A stretch of DNA of 63,758 nucleotides, counting the filler, from Octopus bimaculoides (lineage: Eukaryota), in assembly GCF_001194135.2 (NCBI RefSeq). It is 7 parts of 7 records of this genome, joined end to end, with 100 filler letters (N's around TTAATTAATTAA, not from the genome) between each part and the next. Parts side by side here need not be neighbours in the genome. Positions count along the whole stretch, not along the records: positions 27,527 to 46,362 come from NC_068986.1; positions 46,463 to 47,726 come from NC_068988.1; positions 47,827 to 57,051 come from NC_068991.1; 4 more parts are not named here. One strand, 5' to 3'. Below the pieces are notes generated by a model. It was not told the origin of the DNA and searched no databases. It saw only the letters and a list, made by a program, of their open reading frames with translations. A program made the translations under genes and the position numbers. Shown here in pieces: positions 38,620 to 50,459 of the stretch; positions within the stretch are counted from its first letter, which is position 1, and the number at the start of each line of letters is the position of its first letter.

Positions 38620-38792
38620 GCTTCAAGTTTCCGTGGCAACAGCCTGTCGCAGGATTATTCATTTTTACTAGCTGAGTGGACTGAAGCAAAATGAAATGTG
38701 TTTTGCTCAAGGACACGACGCGTTGACCGGTCGTCCAGGAATCGAGACCATACTCTAACGATCATTTACTCCAATTACTAAGCCATGCGCCT
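38620..38792 (-). mobile_element. tRNA/CORE-like SINE (family E), partial
   Basis: GAGGCGCATGGCTTAGT..GGTCTCGATTCC..GTGTCCTTGAGCAAAACAC. Confidence 0.6.
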
Positions 38793-38853
38793 CCACATAT
38801 ACATGTGCGTGTGTGTGTGTGCGTGCGCGTGTGTAATGTATGTATGTATGGGT

Positions 38854-39232
38854 GGAGGCGCAATGGCCCAGTGGTTAGGGCAGCGGACTTGCGGTCATAG
38901 GATCGCGGTTTCGATTCCCAGACGGGGCGTTGTGAATGTTTATTGAGCGAAAACACCTAAAGTTCCACGAGGCTCCGGCAGGGGATGGTGGCGAACCCTG
39001 CTGTACTCTTTCACCACAACTTTCTCTCACTCTTATTTCCTGTTTCTGTTGTGCCTGTAATTCAAAGGGTCAGCCTTGTCACACTGTGTCACGCTGAATA
39101 TCCCCGAGAACTACGTTAAGGGTACACGTGTCTGTGGGGTGCTCAGCCACTTGCACGTTAATTTCACGAGCAGGCTGTTCCGTTGATCGGATCAACTGGA
39201 ACCCTCGACGTCGTAAGCGACGGAGTGCCAAC
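38854..39232 (+). mobile_element. SINE family C, full length
   Basis: A box TGGCCCAGTGG (38864-38874), B box GGTTTCGATTCC (~38907); flanked on both sides by (TATG)n. Confidence 0.9.
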
Positions 39233-39529
39233 TCATGTACGTATGTATGTATGTATGTATGAATAAGAATAGGCGTGATTGTAAATAGTAGTTAGTGGAA
39301 ATTAGCTTTGTAATGTGGTAGGAAGTGGGTATTAATAGAAATTAATGTGAGAGAATGTAGTTAAACACTATGGTAAGATAATTCTAATACATTAAATGTG
39401 CAGTTGCAATTAAATTACAACACTGGTGTATATTAATCACTGCACGGAATGATGTGAATGGCTGGAAATAATTTGTGTCAATAACTCGTATCAGTATAGA
39501 CGTCAAAATATTTTATTCTTATAGTTTCA

Positions 39530-39780
39530 TTCTTTTACTTGTTTCAGGCATTTGACTGCGGCCATGCTGGAGCGCTGCCTTGAACGGTCTCAGTCGCCCC
39601 GATGATTTCTTTTTAAAGCCTAGTAGTTATTCATTCGGCCGCTTTTGCAGAACCGCTATGTTACGGGGAGGTAAACACACCAACACCGGTTGTCTAGCGG
39701 TAATGGGAGGACAAGCACAGACACAAACACACACACACACACAGATATATACATATACATATACATATATATATATATAT
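39530..39780 (-). mobile_element. SINE family B 3' part
   Basis: Family-B 3' blocks followed by a microsatellite running into a gap. Confidence 0.85.
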
Positions 39781-40444
39781 ANNNNNNNNNNNNNNNNNNN
39801 NNNNNNNNNNNNNNNNNNNNNNNNNNNNNNNNNNNNNNNNNNNNNNNNNNNNNNNNNNNNNNNNNNNNNNNNNNNNNNNNNNNNNNNNNNNNNNNNNNNN
39901 NNNNNNNNNNNNNNNNNNNNNNNNNNNNNNNNNNNNNNNNNNNNNNNNNNNNNNNNNNNNNNNNNNNNNNNNNNNNNNNNNNNNNNNNNNNNNNNNNNNN
40001 NNNNNNNNNNNNNNNNNNNNNNNNNNNNNNNNNNNNNNNNNNNNNNNNNNNNNNNNNNNNNNNNNNNNNNNNNNNNNNNNNNNNNNNNNNNNNNNNNNNN
40101 NNNNNNNNNNNNNNNNNNNNNNNNNNNNNNNNNNNNNNNNNNNNNNNNNNNNNNNNNNNNNNNNNNNNNNNNNNNNNNNNNNNNNNNNNNNNNNNNNNNN
40201 NNNNNNNNNNNNNNNNNNNNNNNNNNNNNNNNNNNNNNNNNNNNNNNNNNNNNNNNNNNNNNNNNNNNNNNNNNNNNNNNNNNNNNNNNNNNNNNNNNNN
40301 NNNNNNNNNNNNNNNNNNNNNNNNNNNNNNNNNNNNNNNNNNNNNNNNNNNNNNNNNNNNNNNNNNNNNNNNNNNNNNNNNNNNNNNNNNNNTTAAAAAA
40401 AACATTGAATTTGAATTACTTTTAATTTTTACGATTATAGATAA

Positions 40445-40707
40445 CAACTCGAGTTGTAACTTCTGAGCCCGAGTCAGGTGTGTGTGAGCGATGTCGAGAG
40501 AACGTCCGCTACGATGACCGCCAGACGCTGAACGAAAGTAAATGAATCTCGACCAGGCTCAATAAAAGGAGCCCGAGTTATTGGCTGAAATTACATACTT
40601 GAAGTTAGAGTTGGCAGAAATTAAATCAGCTTGCAAATACACGTTCACTTTATTAAATTTATATCCGGGCTAAGCCCGAACAGCCCGAGTGCCGGAGTCC
40701 CCACTGA
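40445..40707 (-). mobile_element. Probable non-autonomous DNA transposon end with GCCCGA subterminal repeats
   Basis: One end reads CAGTGGGGACTCC on the minus strand; AGCCCGA occurs four times; the other TIR is not found. Confidence 0.3.
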
Positions 40708-40719
40708 TATATATATATA

Positions 40720-40858
40720 TTCGGCTTCCGTCTACTAAATCCACTCACAAGGCTTTGGTCAGCCCGAAGCTATGGTAGAAGACACTTGCCCAAGGTACCA
40801 CGTAGTGCTACTGAATCCGAGACCATATGGTTGAGAAGCAAGCTTCTTACCACACAGT
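40720..40858 (-). mobile_element. SINE family B 5' part
   Basis: Head and CORE-like block. Confidence 0.85.
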
Positions 40859-40917
40859 TTCGTGTCTCCTAATACATTTGTATTCCTCTATCACTCGCGG
40901 TTAATATAGTAGTTATA

Positions 40918-41154
40918 TGAGGTGTGTTCAAAAAATATCTGATTTTATTTTTTCCCGCCAAAATTAATACCATATAAGCAAAATCCTTTGGGTGGGAAGT
41001 GATGTCACCCTTCCTGCGCATGCGTGAGAATTTTCGTTCCGGTAGACCGCGTCAGCTCTTGGCTGTTACACCTAGAATACAGACATGTAGTGCGCGCTCG
41101 TGGCATTAGATTTGCCGGGAAAAAATTAAGTCGGATACTTTTGAACGCACCTTG
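40918..41154. mobile_element. Tc1/mariner-type MITE (237 bp)
   Basis: TA|TGAGGTGTGTTCAAAAAATATCTGA ... TCGGATACTTTTGAACGCACCTTG|TA: imperfect ~25-bp TIRs and TA TSD. Confidence 0.88.
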
Positions 41155-41204
41155 TACATGACCTCTGTATTGGCATCTAACTTATGGAAATATATATTAT
41201 ACGA

Positions 41205-41563
41205 TATTCTCTTTTACTCTTTTACTTGTTTCAGTCATTTGACTGCGGCCATGCTGGAGCACCGCCTTTTAGTCGAGCAAATCGACCCCAGGACTTATTC
41301 TTTGTAAGCCTAGTACTTATTCTATCGGTCTCTTTTTGCCGAACCGCTAAGTTACGGGGACGTAAACACACCAGCATCAGTTGTCAAGCGATGTTGAGGG
41401 GACAAACACAGAAACGTAAGCATACACGCACACACACACACACAAGGCTTTGATCGGCCCGAGGCTATAGTAGAAGACACTTGTCCAAGGTGCCACACAG
41501 TGGGAATGAACCCAGAACCATGTGGTTGGTAAGCAAGCTACTTACCACACAGCCACTCCTGCG
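41205..41563 (-). mobile_element. SINE family B, near full length
   Basis: Both termini present; small internal deletion. Confidence 0.92.
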
Positions 41564-41619
41564 CGATATAAATATACGTGTATATGAGTGTAAGCCTAAA
41601 AATAGATCAAAGAAAATTA

Positions 41620-42170
41620 TATGGTTCGCTATCCCTTTCCTTTTGAATGTTAGGACTAATGTAGGTTTTAAAAAACTCTTAGCCATGGTAGATAATCGTT
41701 TCCCTGACAGACATGGTTTGTGGCCCTAATATAAAAGACATCATTTCACGTAAACCAGCCAAGATGCCCAACTCAAACTACAACAGCAGGAACCATTAGA
41801 AGAGGCATGCATGGTTAGCTCAGTCAACTACGTAACCGAGGTCGCCTTTGTTCCGCCAAATAAGGAGACCAAATGAAAAACATATTGGACGGTACGAAAG
41901 TGGCTTTAAAAAACAAAAACACGCGAACTACCAGTCTTCTTTCAAGCATGTAGGCAAAAAGAAAAGCACAAAGCAAGCAAACTCTATCTGGAACCTGAAG
42001 GACAGTAACATATTACATACCATCAAGTGAAGCATCGTGAAGTGATTTAGGCCACATAGTAGCGAACCAAAAAGTGAAAGCTCTGTATAGCTGAGAAAAT
42101 ACACATCATTATTTGATCGAATAACTACACCAACCTTCTAAACTTCAGATCGGAAACTTTTATAGATGAA
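41620..42170 (+). mobile_element. Penelope-like element, GIY-YIG endonuclease fragment
   Basis: RTNVGFKKLLAMVDNRFP, then HIGRYESGFKKQKHANYQSSFKH..STKQANSIWNLKDSNILHTIK; degenerate. Confidence 0.75.
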
Positions 42171-42287
42171 TGAATCTCGACAAGTGTTTAACAAACTGGA
42201 ATGCACCCCCTCCACACTCACCGGATTAGACACAATTTTACGCTCTTAAGTTTTTTCTCCATTCGACTATCCTCACTAAACATAGTT

Positions 42288-42323
<36 letters not shown>

Positions 42324-42866
42324 CCTCTCTCTCTCTCTCTCTTGTTATGTCAACACTCAGCTAGCTATATTCTTCTTTTAAAGGGACTTAACCCTTATTT
42401 CCTTTCCCCTTAAAACGATTCTTAACGTTTTCTTCTCGTTTTCTCGCATTTCCTCACAGAGTAAGCATGTCACTTTAGGCTGAACGATTACCGAATCATG
42501 GATTGTACGGTATTCAAGCCTGTCCGATTACTGTACTATCCCAGCATATAACTTGAGGAAACTCCGGTATTCATTAAATGATGTTTATCTCTCGCTAGAC
42601 TGAGTACTTTTTTTTAATGATCCAATCAAAAAGCGAACAGTACATTTTATACATGTGTGTGTAAGTTTGTATGTGTGTATGTATGTATGTATGTATGTAT
42701 GTATGCATGCATGCATGCATACATGTGTGTATGTGCGAATAAGTATATTATGTGAGAGTGTGTGTGTGTATATATATGTATGTATGTATGTATGTAAACT
42801 GACAATTATTTCATTATAGTAAGAGCTGTAACAATGAACTCATATTCATGTGTATGCCCATGTAGT

Positions 42867-42957
42867 GGCGCGAAATTATGGCCGCCATTAAGGAAGTACA
42901 ATCTACGCATGTGCAAGGGACTTGCCTTCCCGAAAGCCCCTCGAGTACGCATGCGTA
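42867..42957. promoter_or_regulatory. Candidate CpG-rich promoter (E2F, YY1, ETS and NRF1-like motifs)
   Basis: GGCGCGAAA 42867-75, ATGGCCGCCAT 42878-88, AGGAAGT 42891-97, TACGCATGTGCA 42904-15, palindrome TACGCATGCGTA 42946-57. Confidence 0.4.
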
Positions 42958-43937
42958 GTAAAACCAGTACTTAAAGCGTTTCTTTCACTTTCTAACCCTC
43001 TCGTCAGCATGATACCTTCGACGTGACAGCCACTTGCTCCTCTGGCATGCATCAACGATGCTCTTGACCGTCCCATGTCGATTACAAGCTAACCAGCTGC
43101 TGCTAAGCTGAATAACACAGGATTTGTAAAACCAAGCATCACCAAAAATAAAACTTATTTTACTATGTTGTTAATTGTTCTATTGTTTTCTTAATATATA
43201 ATTTTGTTGAAAGGTGATAGAGAGAGACTAATGTCTATANNNNNNNNNNNNNNNNNNNNNNNNNNNNNNNNNNNNNNNNNNNNNNNNNNNNNNNNNNNNN
43301 NNNNNNNNNNNNNNNNNNNNNNNNNNNNNNNNNNNNNNNNNNNNNNNNNNNNNNNNNNNNNNNNNNNNNNNNNNNNNNNNNNNNNNNNNNNNNNNNNNNN
43401 NNNNNNNNNNNNNNNNNNNNNNNNNNNNNNNNNNNNNNNNNNNNNNNNNNNNNNNNNNNNNNNNNNNNNNNNNNNNNNNNNNNNNNNNNNNNNNNNNNNN
43501 NNNNNNNNNNNNNNNNNNNNNNNNNNNNNNNNNNNNNNNNNNNNNNNNNNNNNNNNNNNNNNNNNNNNNNNNNNNNNNNNNNNNNNNNNNNNNNNNNNNN
43601 NNNNNNNNNNNNNNNNNNNNNNNNNNNNNNNNNNNNNNNNNNNNNNNNNNNNNNNNNNNNNNNNNNNNNNNNNNNNNNNNNNNNNNNNNNNNNNNNNNNN
43701 NNNNNNNNNNNNNNNNNNNNNNNNNNNNNNNNNNNNNNNNNNNNNNNNNNNNNNNNNNNNNNNNNNNNNNNNNNNNNNNNNNNNNNNNNNNNNNNNNNNN
43801 NNNNNNNNNNNNNNNNNNNNNNNNNNNNNNNNNNNNNNNNNNNNNNNNNNNNNNNNNNNNNNNNNNNNNNNNNNNNNNNNNNNNNNNNNNNNNNNNNNNN
43901 NNNNNNNNNNNNNNNNNNNNNNNNNNNNNNNNNNNNN

Positions 43938-44050
43938 GACCTCAGCACTCAACTGGTACTTATTTTATTGACCTCGAAAGGATGAAAGGCGGAATTTGAA
44001 CTCAGAATGTAAAGACGGACGAAATGCCGCTAAGCATTTTGCCAAGCGTG
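43938..44050 (-). mobile_element. SINE family A fragment
   Basis: Core in reverse orientation with an internal deletion. Confidence 0.85.
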
Positions 44051-44506
44051 AGAGAGGCATAACATATTAAGAAGTCAGATCATAATTTTGTTTTTGTTGT
44101 TGCTGTGGTTGTTTAGCTCCCAAGTTTGTTCTGATCGAGCAAACCTCAAAAGTGCTTCAGGCAAGACCATCCCAATTTTATGTATATCTAGAATTGCATT
44201 TGGGTACTGCTCACATACCTGTGATAAGGCAGTTGCTGCATAAATATCCTACCTGAATCCTCAATGCTGATTGGCAAAGACTCGCTCATCAACATGCTGC
44301 AACTACCCTCTCGTAGATATACTGTCGCTTCTCTCTACCTCTCTATTGCTATTACAACAGTTCCAGTTTTTGTTTTGTTGCTAGTTTTGATCCATTTTCT
44401 CAACTATCAAGACGAGTGGTATCACTATCTGGGCCTAGACGATGTATCTAGCTCTCACACTTCGTCATTACTACATAGCATCACACATCCAACCATTGTC
44501 CCGCAC

Positions 44507-44851
44507 AAGTGGTTCTTAACTGAGGTCCATATGACCCAAGGGTGGGGGGTCCATATAAAATTCTTAGGGGTCCACGAAACCAAAATAGTAAATTGGGGAT
44601 CCACAGAAGTATATTGAGGATCCATGAAAAAACTTTGCTTTAGATGTATTTATAGCAAGAAACAGTTCAGTCTAACGTTCTTCAAAGCTCAGTCTACAAA
44701 AATTAGTGTGAGAAGCAAAAAAAGGAATTTTGAAAGAAGTTTCTATAAAATTAGTTTTTAAACTTCAAGTAGTGATGGGGGTCCACCAAAGTAAAATAGT
44801 AAAGAAAGGGGTCCATAGCTAAAAGGAAAAAAAAGCAGTTGAGAACCATTA
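44507..44851. mobile_element. hAT-type MITE
   Basis: Imperfect TIRs AAGTGGTTCTTAACT and AGTTGAGAACCATTA; repeated GGGGTCCA subterminal motifs; TSD not recognisable. Confidence 0.65.
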
Positions 44852-45419
44852 CCATATACGGATCCAACACTCATACACACACACGCACANNNNNNNNNNN
44901 NNNNNNNNNNNNNNNNNNNNNNNNNNNNNNNNNNNNNNNNNNNNNNNNNNNNNNNNNNNNNNNNNNNNNNNNNNNNNNNNNNNNNNNNNNNNNNNNNNNN
45001 NNNNNNNNNNNNNNNNNNNNNNNNNNNNNNNNNNNNNNNNNNNNNNNNNNNNNNNNNNNNNNNNNNNNNNNNNNNNNNNNNNNNNNNNNNNNNNNNNNNN
45101 NNNNNNNNNNNNNNNNNNNNNNNNNNNNNNNNNNNNTGGTTGTTCAACTGCTAACACCAAGCAAAATATATGTAAATGAGACAACATGGAAGTCTGTATT
45201 TATGTTACGTATGGGCAACCTTTTTTGGAAAGTGGGCCAGATGAGACATAGCTCATCATCTGGCGGGCCGCAGGTTACCTATGACTGTTGTACACACTAC
45301 TATCTATACACTTTTACTTGTTTCAACCATGCGTCTGTGGTCATGCTCGAGTACCACTGTGGAAAACGTAAGGTTTAACCGAGATTTATATAAAGAATGC
45401 TTTATTATAACTAAAACAT

Positions 45420-45795
45420 AGGCGCAGAGATGGCAATGTGGTAAGAAACTTGCTTCCCAACCACATGGTTCAGGGTTCACTCCCACTGCATGACATCTTG
45501 GGCAAGTGTCTTCTACTATAGCCTCAGGCCGAACAAAGCCCTGTGAGTAGATTTGGTTGATGGAAACTGAAAGAAGCCCGTCGTACAAATATATATGTGT
45601 GTGTGCGTGTTTGTCTCCCACCACAGCTTGACCACCGGTGTTGGTGTATTTACGTCCCTGTAATTTAGCGGCTGGGCAAAAGGAACCGATAGAACAAGTA
45701 CTAGAAAAAGTCCTGGGATCGATTTAGTTCGACAAAAGCCTTCAAGGTGGTGCACTAGCATGGACACAGCCAAATGACTGAAACAAGTAAAGCAC
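45420..45795 (+). mobile_element. SINE family B, full length
   Basis: AGGCGCAGAGATGGCAATGTGGTAAG head through CAAATGACTGAAACAAGTAAA end. Confidence 0.92.
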
Positions 45796-45812
45796 AAAGA
45801 TANNNNNNNNNN

Positions 45813-45846
<34 letters not shown>

Positions 45847-46244
45847 CCCCTTTTTTGCTGAGGACGTTGGTGGTAGTAGTGCTACTGTTACTAATACATA
45901 CTTAAAATAATAAATAAAAGGAAGAAAGAAACAAAGAAACCAAGACATAAAAGAGAAAGTAAACTACGTAATACAAATAAGCACAAGTCAAAATAACATT
46001 TTTCCAAAGACGAAAAAAAAACAAGTGACAAGAGGAACTGCTGAACTGCTAGTTTGGTGTCTGTCTAGGCATCGCTTATATAACGAGGTTAAACATTATG
46101 CACCAACACACACACACATGTACACACGCACAAGATATATTTATAAATAGAAATGTAGGTATACATGTATGTATGTACGTATGTGTGTATGTATGTATGT
46201 ATGTATGTATGTATGTATGTATGTGTCAATGCATGTATATATGT

Positions 46245-46362
46245 ATTGTTTCAGTCATTTGACAGTCGAACAGATCAAACCCAGGACTTTTTTATAAGCC
46301 TGGTACTTATTCTATCGATCATTTCTGCCGAACTGCTAAGTTGCAGAGACGTAAACACATAA
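46245..46362 (-). mobile_element. SINE family B 3' fragment
   Basis: TTGTTTCAGTCATTTGAC..GGTACTTATTCTATCG..GAACTGCTAAGTT. Confidence 0.8.
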
Positions 46363-46655
46363 NNNNNNNNNNNNNNNNNNNNNNNNNNNNNNNNNNNNNN
46401 NNNNNNTTAATTAATTAANNNNNNNNNNNNNNNNNNNNNNNNNNNNNNNNNNNNNNNNNNNNATATATATATATATATATATAACGATTACTCAGTAAAT
46501 AGGTGAATGTCACTTTACGCTAAGAACGATAATTCTGATATCAGTTAACAATGGCTCAATAAATGCTTATTCGTTATACGTAATAATATTCTTGTTTAAA
46601 GAGTTTCATTATACATGTTCCCCGACATCAATCTGCAATTTATAAGTTTGCTTAC

Positions 46656-46758
46656 CTTGTAAGACACCAGTCATATTTCACTCGCCATTGTAAGCTACAT
46701 GCTTATGTATTTCTGCATACATATGCTTCTTTTGCCTTGAAGCTTTCGCATTTGTTTA
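46656..46758 (-). other. Candidate 103-nt exon (UTR, terminal-coding or start-codon exon)
   Basis: Acceptor CATTTTTCCAG and donor CAAG|GTAAGC; no frame is open end to end. Confidence 0.3.
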
Positions 46759-47430
46759 CTGGAAAAATGTTCAAGAATAATTATGTATAATTTTTGAACT
46801 ATAAACAATAATATGAATTTATTCTTATTGCAGGGTTTATTTAAATGACGGATATGAGTATTTCAGTTATAAAATACTTGCTTATAAATGTCTATATATC
46901 TATTATTTTGTACCCCTTTAGGGCTTCATATTTATTTACTAGTACGACGTTTCAGAATAATTATATATTATTTAGTGAACTATGTACAATAGCGTGTATA
47001 TATTCTTACATGTTGGTTTATTCTAATAGAGAATATCAATGAATATTATAATTTTCGAAGAATTAACTGTGTTTTATCCAGATAGTTATATAGAACTATA
47101 TGATATATGTTAGGATGCAACAATATCTAGGAAAAAGTTGACGGAAAATAGTTTATGTAATTTACAATATGACTCTAGGCTTATGTCATTGACAATTCAA
47201 ACTTTCAACATTTAATGCACCTCTACTCTTATATGTCGTTACATTGATTGCCAGGATGTTAATTCTAAACTTTTCCAAAATGAAATTAGTCTTATGTGAT
47301 GTATAAATTACGACTACATATTCTAATCCACTCATAAGAAATATAAACAAAATTTCCTTTTATTTATGATTTCAAGTTTGAATCGATTGTGCAGTCGACT
47401 ACACAAACAACATCGCAATGTAAGTTCAGA

Positions 47431-47726
47431 TTAAGGCGGCGAGCTGGCAGATTCGCTAGCATGCTGGGCGAAATCCTTAGCGGTATTTCGTCTGTCTTTA
47501 CGTTCTGAGTTCAAATTCCGCCGAGATCGACTTTGCCTTTCATCCTTGCAGGGTCGATAAATTAAGTACCAGTTGCGTACTGAGGATCGATCTAATCAAC
47601 TAGCCCCCTCCCAAAAATTTCGGGCCTTGTGCGTAGAGTAGAAAACAATATTAGTTCAGACTGGAAGGCGGTGAGCTGACAGAATCGTTGACACGCCGGA
47701 CAAAATACTTTAAGGCATTTCGTCCG
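47431..47726 (+). mobile_element. SINE family A with TSD, plus the head of a second copy
   Basis: TSD AGTTCAGA at 47423-47430 and 47653-47660; second head at 47665-47726 runs into a linker gap. Confidence 0.9.
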
Positions 47727-47869
47727 NNNNNNNNNNNNNNNNNNNNNNNNNNNNNNNNNNNNNNNNNNNNTTAATTAATTAANNNNNNNNNNNNNNNNNN
47801 NNNNNNNNNNNNNNNNNNNNNNNNNNTCTCTCTCTCTTTCTCTCTTTCTCTCTCTGTGAAAGTATCTGT

Positions 47870-48128
47870 CACTACAGTATCGAAATGTGATTGTTTCAGT
47901 TAGTGGAATAGTTTCATTTTTAAAGTGAAAGTATTTGACATGAGTGTTTTTGTTTCACTTTTGACACGTAATACTTAAAGAGTGGAGGAGATATTATGTT
48001 GCCGTGTGCCCGAACTCTGCAAGAAGTTAATAATTTTTTTTGACTAAAACACAACTGAAACCCTAAGTAAGGCATGTGTAAAATTTGAATGAAATTGGTT
48101 GCGTAGTTCTCGAGTTTTAGGGATTCAC

Positions 48129-48167
<39 letters not shown>

Positions 48168-48193
48168 CACATTCTCATTTTTATATATATAGA
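47870..48193 (-). mobile_element. Helitron-type non-autonomous element 5' part with (CTGT)n microsatellite
   Basis: Minus strand starts A|TCTATATATATAAAAATGAGAATGTGTGTCTGTCTGTCTG, an architecture like Lep1-type non-autonomous Helitrons. Confidence 0.6.
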
Positions 48194-48219
48194 TATAAGA
48201 TATATATACATATATATAT

Positions 48220-48345
48220 AGGCGAAGGAGTTGTTGTATGGTAAGTAGTTTGCTTTCCAACCACATGGTTCTGGGTTCAATCCCACTGTGTGGCACCTTG
48301 GGTAAGTGTCTTCTGCTATAGCCTCAGGCCGACCAAACCCTTGTG
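48220..48345 (+). mobile_element. SINE family B 5' part
   Basis: AGGCGAAGGAGTTG head and GGCACCTTGGGTAAG block. Confidence 0.85.
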
Positions 48346-48974
48346 CGTGCATTTATTAGGCAAGTATCATTACTGCTGAGGCTTGCGTTCTCGATGACGC
48401 ACAAGTACCCATTCCACGCGCATGTATTGCACCACCCGTATACATACACCAAGCCAAAGAGGGAATATCTACATGGTCATTTGACCTACTAGACCTACTA
48501 GAAATAACAGCTAAATCTCTCTCAAATCACAGCATACTGTAATAGAAAAGAGCAAGTTGTATTATGTAGTTCTGAGGAAAAGGACAGCATGGTCATGGCT
48601 GGAGCACTATTGACCGTAGATCTACTCGATCCGAATTGAACTGAGGCTAATCAATCTGTAGATATTAATTACCCCAATTAGTATATATTTCAAAATATTA
48701 GTAAAAGTAAATACACGCACACATACACACATGTACACACACACACACACGTTAACACCAAACACATAAGCATACATAGTGAGCTATTTACTTGGTCAAA
48801 AACTTACACAAATAAATATACTCATCCATATCCCGGTTAATACGCACTCAATAACACAGACATACAGCGAGGAGAAGGTGGAAGAGAGGGGGAAAAGAAG
48901 GATTGGAAGAATGGCGAACAGAGGTAGTAAGGAAGAAGGAGGAAGTGGTAAATACAAAAGGAAATATTTAAATT

Positions 48975-49013
48975 GAGAGAAAGGTGGGAGAGAGAGAGAG
49001 AAAGAGAGAAAGA

Positions 49014-49070
<57 letters not shown>

Positions 49071-49380
49071 NNNNNNNNNNNNNNNNNNNNNNNNNNNNNN
49101 NNNNNNNNNNNNNNNNNNNNNNNNNNNNNNNNNNNNNNNNNNNNNNNNNNNNNNNNNNNNNNNNNNNNNNNNNNNNNNNNNNNNNNNNNNNNNNNNNNNN
49201 NNNNNNNNNNNNNNNNNNNNNNNNNNNNNNNNNNNNNNNNNNNNNNNNNNNNNNNNNNNNNNNNNNNNNNNNNNNNNNNNNNNNNNNNNNNNNNNNNNNN
49301 NNNNNNNNNNNNNNNNNNNNNNNNNNNNNNNNNNNNNNNNNNNNNNNNNNNNNNNNNNNNNNNNNNNNNNNNNNNNNNNN

Positions 49381-49433
<53 letters not shown>

Positions 49434-49445
49434 TAGAGAGAGAGA
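48975..49445. repeat. (GA)n microsatellite spanning a gap
   Basis: Directly visible. Confidence 0.95.
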
Positions 49446-49689
49446 CTAATTGATAAACAAAGAGAAGAGAATTGAAACAGAAAATTAGAAAGAGACGAGA
49501 GGAAGAGATTGGCGAAAGGAACGTCTGAAGAGATGAGGATTGTTAGATAAATATAGGATGAGAAAGAAAGAAAGAAAAATGTAGAACGATAAGAAGGAGA
49601 TAATGGCAAGCACAACTGGAGAGAACGGAATGGTTTGCTCCTACGAGCCGCCTGGTACTATTTGCCAACAAACTGTTGACTTCTTAACA

Positions 49690-49875
49690 TTCTCATACAT
49701 TGACAACAGTAGTTAGTTTCAGCTGCAACCATTCGCTATTTATTCGTTACTGTCCGTTACTGTTCGTTGCCAATGCAGACATCTTTCACCGTTTATCAAC
49801 ATTCACGATCCGCCACTGTCCGTTTACCGTCTGTCTCCATCCGTCATTATGCGTTACCTTTCGCCGACAACCAGT
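49690..49875 (-). repeat. Repeat segment homologous to 54443-54612 (inverted)
   Basis: Reverse complement aligns by eye, roughly 80% identical. Confidence 0.85.
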
Positions 49876-50459
49876 TTTTCTGCTGTAATGCTTCACTTCC
49901 GCGACTTTCTACTGCTGTCCAACTTTACCTTTTACACCACCATTATCTGCTGTCGTCAAACACAGACCATCACTCACCTTCGTATCTGATCAACATTTAC
50001 TTCTATTACATGGATTCATCATCGTTCCTTATCTTTGCATGGATCCGTTTCCAGCCACCACTACCACCCACTGTTATCTGTCGCCACCCTTTTGTTATTC
50101 GACAACTTGGAACCATCTCCAATCATTGACAAGGTTGCATAAATTCGACCTCACCCACAACTATCCTCCATCGTTCACACAAATTATACTGCTATTAACG
50201 CCACTATATTTACAACTATCATCATTCTCTAATCACCATCAACCACCAATAACACTGTATTCAACAGACGACACTATCCTCAGCCATTTAACAAAGTTGT
50301 TCTTCCATCCACCACCGCTATATTACACCTCCGTACTTACACAGACACTCCATTATTAACATCACCCATTACTAATAAGTATATATTTACTGTCAATATC
50401 TGTCAAAACAACGCAATTCTCCAACATTGCATAGAACAAATTCTGCATCTTCTATCTTT

